From the NCBI GenBank assembly GCA_036338595.1, contig JAYZBV010000070.1:1-52119 (forward strand): a DNA stretch of 52,119 nucleotides, written 5' to 3'. The position numbers and the translations under genes are program-made. This document shows positions 1-8,693 of this stretch, piece after piece; position 1 is the first letter of the stretch; each line of letters opens with the position of its first letter. This DNA comes from Planctomycetota bacterium (lineage in GTDB: Bacteria; Planctomycetota; UBA8108; UBA1146). The notes below the pieces were generated by a model. The model saw nothing but the letters and a program-made list of their open reading frames with translations, did no database searches and was not told where the DNA came from.

Positions 1-2
1 GG

Positions 3-245
3 ATTCAGGTGTTACTGGTGGCTATCATGTACTTCGATTACTGCTTCAGGATCGCACCGTTTTACCCCGAGCGCTGGTGGTGGAGCCTGCCGCCAGTGCT
101 CGTAGGGCTCTGGCAATACCAGTACAAGATTCTGGTTCAGGGAGAAACGCGGTCTCCTGTCGAGATGTTACAGACTCATGGTTCGCTACAGTTGTTGATC
201 GTATTGTGGATCACGACAACGTTATTCAGTATTCAGTTTCCCTGA
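3..245 (+). CDS. 3' end of a membrane protein, possibly UbiA-family prenyltransferase / decaprenyl-phosphate phosphoribosyltransferase (5'-truncated)
   Basis: Frame is open from the window start to TGA at 243-245. The hydrophobic tail WWSLPPVLVGLWQYQY..GETRSPVEML..LQLLIVLW resembles, from memory, the C-terminus of UbiA/DPPR-synthase-like proteins. Confidence 0.45.
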   Translation: MQVLLVAIMYFDYCFRIAPFYPERWWWSLPPVLVGLWQYQYKILVQGETRSPVEMLQTHGSLQLLIVLWITTTLFSIQFP

Positions 246-592
246 GGGAATTGCCCATGACAGGAATGTCAGGAGAGTCAGGTAGTGGCGAGATAGTCAC
301 TAACTACTGTTGAATCCTAGAATTAGTGCCATTAGGGTGTCATTACGCATGATGAAACCTCATCCCTGTTCTTGTGCTCTCTTGCCCATTCGCAAGGGGT
401 AGGTACTATCCATGGGAGGACTTATTGTCTACACGAGTGAGGTGTAGCCATGTTTTATTCGAGTAGAGGTGTTGGCTTTATTGTGGGGATCTAATCCCTG
501 GGATCGTCGAAGATGCTCAGTCAGTAGTCTTCGTCGAACTTGGGAATTTCCATATGAGAGTTGATCTATAATTATTATTTGAGTTGGAAGAT

Positions 593-1558
593 ATGACAAA
601 TTCAGATTTCCACGGCGGCGCATCTAGTCAATCAGTACGCATCGACCAACTTGGGCTAAAGAGCCCATGGTTTGTTGTTGGATGGCCTGGAATAGGCGGT
701 GTTGCTTCTCATGTGATCCAGCAGTTGGACCATCTATTTGAGTCAGATCATGCCGAAGTTGTTGTGGCAGACTCCTCTTTCGAGATCGAGCACATCCTTA
801 TTCGTGATGGGATCAGTTTCCCAGGACCACTTCCTAGACTTCCATTTCGAACCGTTAGATCAGGTGGGGATCATGATCTGGTGCTGTTCTTGCCCGAGCG
901 TCAACCCGTAAATGGGGGACTGGAACTCTGCCGCAGAGTGATGGCTGCTGCCATTTCTTTTGGAGTCGAACGGGTCGTCACCTTCGCAGCAATGACGTCT
1001 ACCATCGATCCGCAAGCAACACCAAGCACAACTTTCTGCACTCCATGCGCCTTGACCTCTACTGATCTGTTGAACCGAGGGATGACTCCGATGGACCATG
1101 GATCAGTGAAGGGGCTCAATGGTCTGATGTTGCTGGCTGCTCAGGAAGCGGGGATCCCTTCACAATGCTTGATCGGAGAGATCAGTAATTGGGGCCTTCA
1201 ACTTCCCAGCCCCAAGACCTCGAAAATACTCCTGGAAAATTTTGGAACGCTGATCGGTAGGTCCTTCGATCTGAAATACATGGACAAGCAGATCGAAGTG
1301 ATCGAGGAATACCTGATCGAACAAAAGCAAGCGACACTGGCGCAGTTCGCCGCCGAGCATGGACAATTTGCATCGGCGGATGAAGTCCAACAGGATGATT
1401 ACCTCGCAACCTCTGAGCTGGACAATCTTGAGGGCCTCTTCTCTGCTGCAATTTCGGATAAAACAAAGACTGCAGTGCTCAAGGCGGAACTGGATCGCCT
1501 CGGTGTATTCTCGAGGTTCGAGGATAGGTTTCTGGATCTCTTTCGCGAGTGTAGTTAG
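593..1558 (+). CDS. PAC2 family protein (proteasome assembly chaperone-like)
   Basis: Motifs VVGWPGIGGVA, GVERVVTFAA and GSVKGLNGLML..A...GIPSQCLIGE are typical of PAC2. ATG at 593 is in frame with the track's TTG at 584. Confidence 0.8.
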   Translation: MTNSDFHGGASSQSVRIDQLGLKSPWFVVGWPGIGGVASHVIQQLDHLFESDHAEVVVADSSFEIEHILIRDGISFPGPLPRLPFRTVRSGGDHDLVLFLPERQPVNGGLELCRRVMAAAISFGVERVVTFAAMTSTIDPQATPSTTFCTPCALTSTDLLNRGMTPMDHGSVKGLNGLMLLAAQEAGIPSQCLIGEISNWGLQLPSPKTSKILLENFGTLIGRSFDLKYMDKQIEVIEEYLIEQKQATLAQFAAEHGQFASADEVQQDDYLATSELDNLEGLFSAAISDKTKTAVLKAELDRLGVFSRFEDRFLDLFRECS

Positions 1559-1641
1559 CGCACAGCCCTCTTGATCCGGTCACATCAGCGAGAGTGCAAT
1601 TCGGTCGATCAGCCAGATACCCCATCATTGACGCGCCAGGA

Positions 1642-2526
1642 TCACAGTCCTTGATCACATCCCAGTGAGTCATCGGTCCAATCGATACCGGGATCCGGGA
1701 ACGGAACCCATGGCCCGGGTCCAGCCAGAAAAAAGTAGTACAGCAAGAAGATCGCGTCAGAGATGTCCGAAATCCCATCATCATTCGCATCCCCGGCATC
1801 CATGCAGATCGGTAGCGGGCCGGACAGGAACGTGTAATCGAGGTGATAGATCACGTCAGCGATATCGACATCGGTGTCCATGTTTACATCACCACGAATA
1901 AAAACCGGTTCGACGGGTGGGATACTCACCTCGATGGTTCCTGGAATCAGGTTGGTCACGCTGACGGACCTGGTTCCAAGTACGAACATGTTCATGATGG
2001 GCGGATCCCCGAAGCCATCCTGCGGGGTGAAAACAATCTCTTGCTCCTGCGCTCCGGAAGAGATCTCACCCAACAGAAACGCAATCTCCTGTGGAAATCC
2101 CAGGGAAGGAACAGTCTGACCGTCAAATGGAGGAAGGGCATCGAAGAGAACCCCACAGATGATGGTTCCCTCGTCGGGGTTGACCTGCTCCTGGACATAC
2201 TCGGCTTCGATGGAACCGACCAGGGTCCCGTACACATCCACGACCAGGTTCTCGATCGGAGCGGAGGAAGGGAATGCAATGGAGAAGGAGTACCCCGCGA
2301 GCAGGCCTTCCCAATCACCGATCACGGACAGGCTGAAGGAACTTCCAGGCTCGACCGTGACCTCTCCGACACCGATCATCGGCTGCTGGCCCTGGCAAGT
2401 GCTGGAGAGAACTCCCACCTCGACGCCGCCCACCAGCAAGAGAATGGCCAGCCACCGCGTGGCGATCTCCAGAGAGGAGTGCGTTTCAGGGCACCAGGGC
2501 ACCTGATTTCTTTTCGTGGCTTCCAT
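1642..2526 (-). CDS. Secreted protein with N-terminal cohesin-like beta-sandwich and C-terminal dockerin-like (EF-hand pair) domain
   Basis: Hydrophobic N-terminal segment. C-terminus FIRGDVNMDTDVDIADVI...CMDAGDANDDGISDISDAI...PFPDPGID has two DxNxDxxxDxxD Ca-loops. Start is uncertain (ATG at 2526 chosen). Confidence 0.75.
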   Translation of the reverse strand: MEATKRNQVPWCPETHSSLEIATRWLAILLLVGGVEVGVLSSTCQGQQPMIGVGEVTVEPGSSFSLSVIGDWEGLLAGYSFSIAFPSSAPIENLVVDVYGTLVGSIEAEYVQEQVNPDEGTIICGVLFDALPPFDGQTVPSLGFPQEIAFLLGEISSGAQEQEIVFTPQDGFGDPPIMNMFVLGTRSVSVTNLIPGTIEVSIPPVEPVFIRGDVNMDTDVDIADVIYHLDYTFLSGPLPICMDAGDANDDGISDISDAIFLLYYFFLAGPGPWVPFPDPGIDWTDDSLGCDQGL

Positions 2527-2786
2527 CAAACCCCCAGGATCCAGGCAGGCTAGCTTGGCTGAGGCTGTCAAAATCGCTCCCGGAGCGATCCTTCAGCGGA
2601 TAAAGTGACCGAGGCGAAGTGGTGATAGCGCAATTCGCCGCTATCCCCGATGATAACCCCTGCAGGGGGTGGCTCAAGCGCCGTGAGCACCTCCCCATCG
2701 CAGTGTCCAGAAAGCCTCTGCTTGCCCTCAGGGACCCCGGAGATCACCGGGGAAGACAATTTCTGGCGTGGATAGGGGAATCAGCA

Positions 2787-5042
2787 ATGTCATCAGAACT
2801 CGATCCTGTCCGGACCCTCTACAGCAAGGCAGCCCGATGCCATGACCAGGCGAGGCAGGCTCTTGGACGCGGATTGACACTCGCAGAGAAGATCCTGCTG
2901 ACACACCTGGAGCCGGATACGGCCGCGGTACTGGCTCGCGGAACCGATTACTGTGATCTGCATCCAGACAGGGTGGCGATGCAGGATGCCACCGCCCAGA
3001 TGGCGATCCTCCAGTTCATGCAAACACGGCTCGATCGAGTCCAGGTACCCACGACGGTGCACTGTGATCATCTGATTCAGGCGCGACATGACGCCACAAA
3101 AGATCTGGCTGCCGCAGAGGAGGCGAATGCCGAGGTCTATCGATTCCTGCGCAGTTCCTCGAAGAAATATGGAATCGGCTTCTGGCAGCCAGGCTCGGGC
3201 ATCATTCACCAGGTGGTGCTGGAAAATTATGCGATCCCTGGCGGCCTGATGATAGGAACCGACAGCCACACACCCAACGCAGGAGGGTTAGGAATGCTCG
3301 CCATCGGTGTTGGGGGTGCGGATGCCGTCGATGTGATGGCGGGATTACCCTGGAATACAAAGTGGCCCGGTGCGATCGCTGTACACCTGAAGGGTGAACT
3401 CTCCGGTTGGAGTTCGGCCAAGGATGTCATCCTCAAGGTCGCTGGAGAACTCACGGTCAAGGGAGCCACCGGGGCGATAGTCGAGTACATCGGGCCTGGA
3501 GCCAGAAGCATCTCCTGTACGGGCAAGGCGACCATCACGAACATGGGAGCGGAGATCGGGGCGACCTGTTCGGTGTTCCCATTTGATGAGGCGATGGCGA
3601 ACTATCTGGAGGCGACCGATCGATCATCACTGGCGCAGCTCGCCAGGGATCACGCGGATATCTTACGCCCCGATCCAGAGGTCGAGGAGAATCCGGGCGT
3701 TGCCTATGACCGGGTACTCGAGATCGATCTCGACCAGCTGGAGCCCCATGTGGTCGGTCCTCATTCACCGGATCGGGCTCGCCCCATCTCCGAACTGGGC
3801 GAGGAAGCGAGGCGCGAGGGTTGGCCCCTCGAGATCTCTGCTGCGCTCATCGGATCCTGCACCAACTCTTCATATGAGGATATGGATCGTGCTGCTGCAG
3901 TGGCGGACCAGGCGACAGAGAAGGGTATACGGGCAAGAACTCAGTTCCTCGTCACCCCTGGTTCCACTCAGGTGTTTCGTACAGTTCAGCGCGATGGACA
4001 GGCAGCATCTTTCGAGGAACTCGGTGGTACCGTGCTCGCCAATGCCTGCGGTCCCTGCATTGGCCAGTGGCATAGAGAAGGGATGGAAGATGGTGCATCC
4101 AACAGCATCGTCAGTTCCTTCAACCGGAATTTTCCCGGCAGAAACGACGGAAACGCCGAGACCCTCTCCTTCATCGCAAGCCCGGAGATTGTCACGGCCT
4201 TCGCCATCTCCGGTCGTCTCGATTTCAATCCGCTGATAGATCCCATCGAGAGTGAAAACGGTGAGGCATCGCTTCTGGCAGTGCCTGCCGGAGAGAGTTT
4301 ACCCCCGGAAGGATTCGTCTCGGATATCAGTGGCTATGTCGAAGCACCCGAGGATGGGTCCACCATCGTGGTCGATGTCGACCCCGAGAGTGATCGGTTG
4401 CAACTTCTGAAGCCGTTTGCTCCGCGCGAGGCATCTCAGTTGTCCGCCATGAAGTTGCTCTTCAAGGCGAAGGGAAAGTGCACTACAGATCACATCTCTC
4501 CTGCGGGGCGTTGGCTCAGATATCGAGGGCATCTGGAGAATATCTCCCGGAACATGTTCCTCGGAGCGATCAACGAACACCATGATTCGCCGGGCCTTGG
4601 CCATGATGCCACCGATGCGGGTACCAGCCGTGTGTTACACGAGATTGCGGGTCGCTATCGTGATTCAGGGAGCGCCTGGGTTGTGGTGGGAGACGAAAAT
4701 TATGGAGAAGGGTCGAGCCGGGAGCATGCTGCGATGTGCCCTCGCTTCAGGGGGTGTGGTGCTGTGATTGTGCGCTCCTTTGCCCGGATCCATGAAACGA
4801 ATCTGAAAAAGCAGGGGATTCTGGCGCTGTGTTTCACGGATCCCGCCGATTTCTCGCTGGTCCAGGAGCATGACACCATCACGATCGAGGGATTGGATGA
4901 GTTCGCTTCCGGGAGCGATATCACCGCTGTCTTCCATCACCAGGACGGAACCGAGGATCGAATATCCTGCAGTCACACATTCAGTGATAGTCAGGTGAAC
5001 TGGTTCTGGCAAGGTGCGGCGCTCAACACTCTCAAATCCTAG
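2787..5042 (+). CDS. acnA: Aconitate hydratase (mitochondrial-like type, ~751 aa)
   Basis: Motifs DRVAMQDATAQMA, HCDH, GTDSHTPNAGG, GSCTN, NACGPCIGQW (Fe-S Cys), TTDHISPAG and GSSREHAA. ATG at 2787 follows a GGGGAA purine tract. Confidence 0.95.
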   Translation: MSSELDPVRTLYSKAARCHDQARQALGRGLTLAEKILLTHLEPDTAAVLARGTDYCDLHPDRVAMQDATAQMAILQFMQTRLDRVQVPTTVHCDHLIQARHDATKDLAAAEEANAEVYRFLRSSSKKYGIGFWQPGSGIIHQVVLENYAIPGGLMIGTDSHTPNAGGLGMLAIGVGGADAVDVMAGLPWNTKWPGAIAVHLKGELSGWSSAKDVILKVAGELTVKGATGAIVEYIGPGARSISCTGKATITNMGAEIGATCSVFPFDEAMANYLEATDRSSLAQLARDHADILRPDPEVEENPGVAYDRVLEIDLDQLEPHVVGPHSPDRARPISELGEEARREGWPLEISAALIGSCTNSSYEDMDRAAAVADQATEKGIRARTQFLVTPGSTQVFRTVQRDGQAASFEELGGTVLANACGPCIGQWHREGMEDGASNSIVSSFNRNFPGRNDGNAETLSFIASPEIVTAFAISGRLDFNPLIDPIESENGEASLLAVPAGESLPPEGFVSDISGYVEAPEDGSTIVVDVDPESDRLQLLKPFAPREASQLSAMKLLFKAKGKCTTDHISPAGRWLRYRGHLENISRNMFLGAINEHHDSPGLGHDATDAGTSRVLHEIAGRYRDSGSAWVVVGDENYGEGSSREHAAMCPRFRGCGAVIVRSFARIHETNLKKQGILALCFTDPADFSLVQEHDTITIEGLDEFASGSDITAVFHHQDGTEDRISCSHTFSDSQVNWFWQGAALNTLKS

Positions 5043-5147
5043 TGCATCCGTTGGCGTGCCACTGCTCGCTCCGCCTCGTCTCGGTGCTATCCTGGAACCT
5101 GAGGCCGAGGAAGCTCGAGACCACTGCGTCCATCACTGGAGACCAAC

Positions 5148-6980
5148 ATGAATCTCATGAAGTTGAGAAACCTGGGTGATCGGTTTGCCACCTGGGCAAT
5201 TCTGATGGTGACATCCAGTCTGATGGCGGCATCGATGGCGGTTCCGTGCTTCGGGCAGGGAGTGACCCTGGCGCTGGAGTCATCGGAGACGGTGCTGGCT
5301 CCTGGCGCTCAGTTTGATGTAACGCTGCGACTTGAAAACCCCGACGAGCTTCTGATTCAAGGTGTGCAGCAGGCTCTCGCCTGGGACTCCTCGAATTTAC
5401 AGTTGCTTTCACTGACACTTCCCGGCGACCTGCCTGGATCGCCACCGCTGCTGGCGATGGCGTGGAATGCTCCTCCCCCGGTCGGACCCGGAGGCGATGT
5501 CGGCTGCAGCCAGTGGTGGGACGGGCAGGGAGAAGAGGCGTTCAGTCTCGGCATGGTGATCGAAGGAGCCTGGTCACAGGCCTCTTCACCGCTGGCAATT
5601 CTCCACATGCGTGTGACTTCCTTTGCGCCCAACGGCCCGCTGGAAATGGCTCCCCCGGCTCCGGACCTCTCCTGTGGTTGGCTCGGCCCAATTGCCACCG
5701 ATCCAGCAGGAGCGATCGTGCCCACCATGGCTGACTCTCTCGGTCTGACCGTGAGCGACCTGCCGCCCCCCACGACATTTCAGTGTGGCGAGGCTGCGGG
5801 GATCGTCTACCTCTCCTGGCAGGAGCCGATCCTGTTCGATTCAATTGTGATCGAACGGGACGGAAACCTGATCGGAGAGGTGGCTGCAGGGATTGAACAT
5901 TACGAGGATCCGGATGTGTCCGCGGGGGATGTCATCGAGTACAGGATTCACGGTGTTGCCGCCTCGATTCCTTCCACCTCGACGATGTGCCTGGCTACCG
6001 TGAATGGGACCGTTGAGGGGCCCATCGGAATCTCCTGCGTCCTGAGCGGATCGGATGTCCTGCTGGGGTGGCAGAATTCGCTCCCCTACGATTCCTTCAC
6101 CGTGACCAGGAATGGCGCTGAACTGGCGACGCTCCCGCAGGGAACCACAGGTTATCTCGATGAGGATCCGGCTCTTGCAGGAGTTGTCGAGTACGCGGTG
6201 ACCGGATCGATCGCTTCAGCGGTGAGTGAAACAAGTTCCTGCCAGGTGGAGTTCCCGACCCCCGACGGGTTTTTCATCCGTGGTGACACCACCTCCGATG
6301 GGGTGCTGAATCTGGCAGATCCGGTGAAGTCTCTCGAGTATCTCTTCATCGGTGGGGATATGCCCTGTGCTTCTGCAGCGGATCATGACGATAGCGGCAC
6401 TCTCGACCTCGCCGATGCGATCTCGTTGCTGGACTATCTGTTTACAGCCGGGCCTGCTCCTGCCGTCCCGTTTCCCTATGCCGGGACAGATCCTACGCCC
6501 GATACGCTCGGCTGCCTGGTGTCGTGTACAGGGCCTTCCTGCTCACCGGAGGCCGCCGGAGACGAGTGCAACTCCTTCATCGTGGTCGGACTGGGAAACA
6601 CGCAGTTCGATACCACTGACCTGACCGCTTCCATCGACCCGTACAGCGACAATACCTGCATCGCATCCCTGCTCGGCGATATGCAGTCGGACATCTGGTT
6701 CAGTTTCCTCGCGCCGTCGACTGGAGCGGCGACCTTCTCCCTCTGTGGCCAGGTCGAGTTTGATTCAGATCTGGTCGTCTACGAGGGGTTCTGTGAGTCG
6801 ATGGTACAGATCGCTTGTAACGGCGATGGGGACGGTTGCCCCGATCTGGGTTCTTTTCTCTCCGACGTGGCCGTGTTCGAGGGGGCGAGCTACTTGATTC
6901 GAATCGGTGGCTGGGACGTCACTGATTACGGCACAGGCACCCTCACCATCAACATCGGGATCCCGCTCACCGACGATTGA
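5148..6980 (+). CDS. Secreted modular protein: cohesin-like domain, 2 Cys-bracketed FN3/Ig-like modules, dockerin-like domain, C-terminal PPC-like beta-sandwich
   Basis: Signal-like N-terminus. FIRGDTTSDGVLNLAD...CASAADHDDSGTLDLAD is dockerin-like. C-terminal DIWFSF..P..G...FSLC....DS.L.VY.G.C...YLIRIGG module. Confidence 0.75.
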   Translation: MNLMKLRNLGDRFATWAILMVTSSLMAASMAVPCFGQGVTLALESSETVLAPGAQFDVTLRLENPDELLIQGVQQALAWDSSNLQLLSLTLPGDLPGSPPLLAMAWNAPPPVGPGGDVGCSQWWDGQGEEAFSLGMVIEGAWSQASSPLAILHMRVTSFAPNGPLEMAPPAPDLSCGWLGPIATDPAGAIVPTMADSLGLTVSDLPPPTTFQCGEAAGIVYLSWQEPILFDSIVIERDGNLIGEVAAGIEHYEDPDVSAGDVIEYRIHGVAASIPSTSTMCLATVNGTVEGPIGISCVLSGSDVLLGWQNSLPYDSFTVTRNGAELATLPQGTTGYLDEDPALAGVVEYAVTGSIASAVSETSSCQVEFPTPDGFFIRGDTTSDGVLNLADPVKSLEYLFIGGDMPCASAADHDDSGTLDLADAISLLDYLFTAGPAPAVPFPYAGTDPTPDTLGCLVSCTGPSCSPEAAGDECNSFIVVGLGNTQFDTTDLTASIDPYSDNTCIASLLGDMQSDIWFSFLAPSTGAATFSLCGQVEFDSDLVVYEGFCESMVQIACNGDGDGCPDLGSFLSDVAVFEGASYLIRIGGWDVTDYGTGTLTINIGIPLTDD

Positions 6981-7692
6981 GTCCCACCTCATGCGGATCC
7001 CGATCCACGATGCAGAATTCGATGCGGTCGCAGGCTATCGAGTAACGCGTTCCCGGATGCCGAGAGCCTACTCGAATGCACCACCGACCGGATTCGTCTC
7101 CCTCGATCCTCGATTCGACCAGCCCTCCCGGACCGGATGGGTCCACCTGGCAGTCGAAGTCCTGCAAGGGGATGGTCATCCCTCCTCCGTGCGCCTTGAT
7201 GAAGGCTTCCTTCTGCGTCCACAGATGAAAGAAGGAAGCGAGTCGATCCTGCTCGGCGATGAGGCTCCATTGACGATATTCGCTGGTACTGAAACATCTC
7301 CTTGCCAGTTCCTCGATGGGGGTCTCGGGTTTCAGCGTCTCGAGGTCGATGCCGATCCTGGATCCGCGGCAGATCGCCGCCATGGCGTACGATTCGGAGT
7401 GAGTGATGTTGAATCCGAGATCGACGCCGATCAGTTCCGGTTTGCCGTGCTTCCCCTCGGTCAGCGGGATTTCCTGTGGAGTCCAATCCAGGTAACTGGC
7501 GAGGATTCGCCGAAGTCCTGCTCTGGCGACGGTGGATCGTATTCCGATGACAGGATCGATCCCTCGGTCGAGGCGGGATTTTTCCTGCTCCGGAAGGGAA
7601 TCGACGAGATCCTCGATCCGTTCGGGGGGCTCATCGAGCCCGAAGGCCCACACTTCGATGGTGCCGGGCTCCGGCAAGGGGTGGCAGTTCAT
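6967..7692 (-). CDS. Sfp-type 4'-phosphopantetheinyl transferase (PfaE-like)
   Basis: Motifs GKP, FNITHS, IGIDLE and FFHLWTQKEAFIKAHGGG. The ATG at 7692 overlaps the oleD stop (ATGA). Confidence 0.92.
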   Translation of the reverse strand: MNCHPLPEPGTIEVWAFGLDEPPERIEDLVDSLPEQEKSRLDRGIDPVIGIRSTVARAGLRRILASYLDWTPQEIPLTEGKHGKPELIGVDLGFNITHSESYAMAAICRGSRIGIDLETLKPETPIEELARRCFSTSEYRQWSLIAEQDRLASFFHLWTQKEAFIKAHGGGMTIPLQDFDCQVDPSGPGGLVESRIEGDESGRWCIRVGSRHPGTRYSIACDRIEFCIVDRDPHEVGLNRR

Positions 7693-8693
7693 CGGAGAAC
7701 TTCCTTCTCCCCGGTGAACTCGGTTGCCAGCGCTTGCAGACCCTCCTCGGTGGTGACCCGGGGTGACCATGCCAGGTCCCGCTTTGCTGCCGACAGGTCG
7801 AACCAGTGACTGGTGGAGAGCTGGCTGGCAGTGAATCGAGTCAGAAACGGCTCCCCCGAGACCCCGGGGATGCTGTGGAACCATTCCAGAACCGTGGCCA
7901 TGATGCGAGCGAGGCGCGGTGAGACGCTGGGGGACACCGCAGCCAGTGCTGCTGCTTCGAGGATGCCACCGATCAACTGGTGCGCTGGCATCGGCTCTCC
8001 ATTGGCGATGAAGTAGGGTCGACCACTGCAGGCAGAACCCACCGACAGGGCCTCGAGTGCAGCGATGTGTGCGTCGACGGCATTGTCGATGAAGGTCGCA
8101 TCGATGCGTGTCCCCGGTGCATCGATCAACTTCAGTTTTCCTCTGCGAGCACGGTCCAGGATGCGCGGGATGAGGTGGCGATCACCGGGCCCCCACACCA
8201 GATGAGGTCTGAGTGCCACCGTTGCGAGTCGCGCATCGTTGGCCGCCAGCACATCCTGTTCAGCGATCGCCTTGGTCCGGGGGTAGTGGGCCAGATACTT
8301 GCGAGGATAAGGTGTTTTCTCATCGATACCCTGCTGATGGTTGCCGTCGAAGACGACGCTCGGTGAGGATGTGAAGATCAGTTTCGAGACTCGATGATGT
8401 CGGCAACCCGCGATGACATTCTGGGTTCCGAGCACATTACAACGCTCGAAATCAGCCCGAGGTCCCCAGACGGAGGCCAGAGCGGCGACATGAAACACCG
8501 CATCGACGCCCTGGATGGCCTCGATCACTGCGGCACTGTCGGCCACGTCGCCACGGATCGTCGAGATCCCCTCCGATTCGAGGCACGGGTAATGACCCCT
8601 CTGAAAGGTGGCCACTTCATGGCCCTGCTGGAGCAGGCGACGAGCCAGGTGCCCACCGATGAACCCGCCGGCGCCGGTGACGAGGACCTTCAT
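7689..8693 (-). CDS. oleD: OleD, 2-alkyl-3-oxoalkanoate reductase (NAD-dependent epimerase/3-beta-HSD family)
   Basis: MKVLVTGAGGFIG Rossmann motif, TSSPSVV, YPRTK (YxxxK) and LRPHLVWGPGD. Last gene of oleABCD. ATGA overlap with the oleC stop. Confidence 0.9.
   Translation of the reverse strand: MKVLVTGAGGFIGGHLARRLLQQGHEVATFQRGHYPCLESEGISTIRGDVADSAAVIEAIQGVDAVFHVAALASVWGPRADFERCNVLGTQNVIAGCRHHRVSKLIFTSSPSVVFDGNHQQGIDEKTPYPRKYLAHYPRTKAIAEQDVLAANDARLATVALRPHLVWGPGDRHLIPRILDRARRGKLKLIDAPGTRIDATFIDNAVDAHIAALEALSVGSACSGRPYFIANGEPMPAHQLIGGILEAAALAAVSPSVSPRLARIMATVLEWFHSIPGVSGEPFLTRFTASQLSTSHWFDLSAAKRDLAWSPRVTTEEGLQALATEFTGEKEVLR

Noticed and set aside
2701..2706. CAGTGT, matching the iron-responsive element loop, upstream of aconitase
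   Set aside because: The flanks (CATCG / CCAGA) cannot form the IRE stem.
2619..2786. 56-aa N-terminal extension of aconitase in the ORF track
   Set aside because: It has no aconitase similarity. ATG at 2787 has a purine-rich RBS and gives the usual length.
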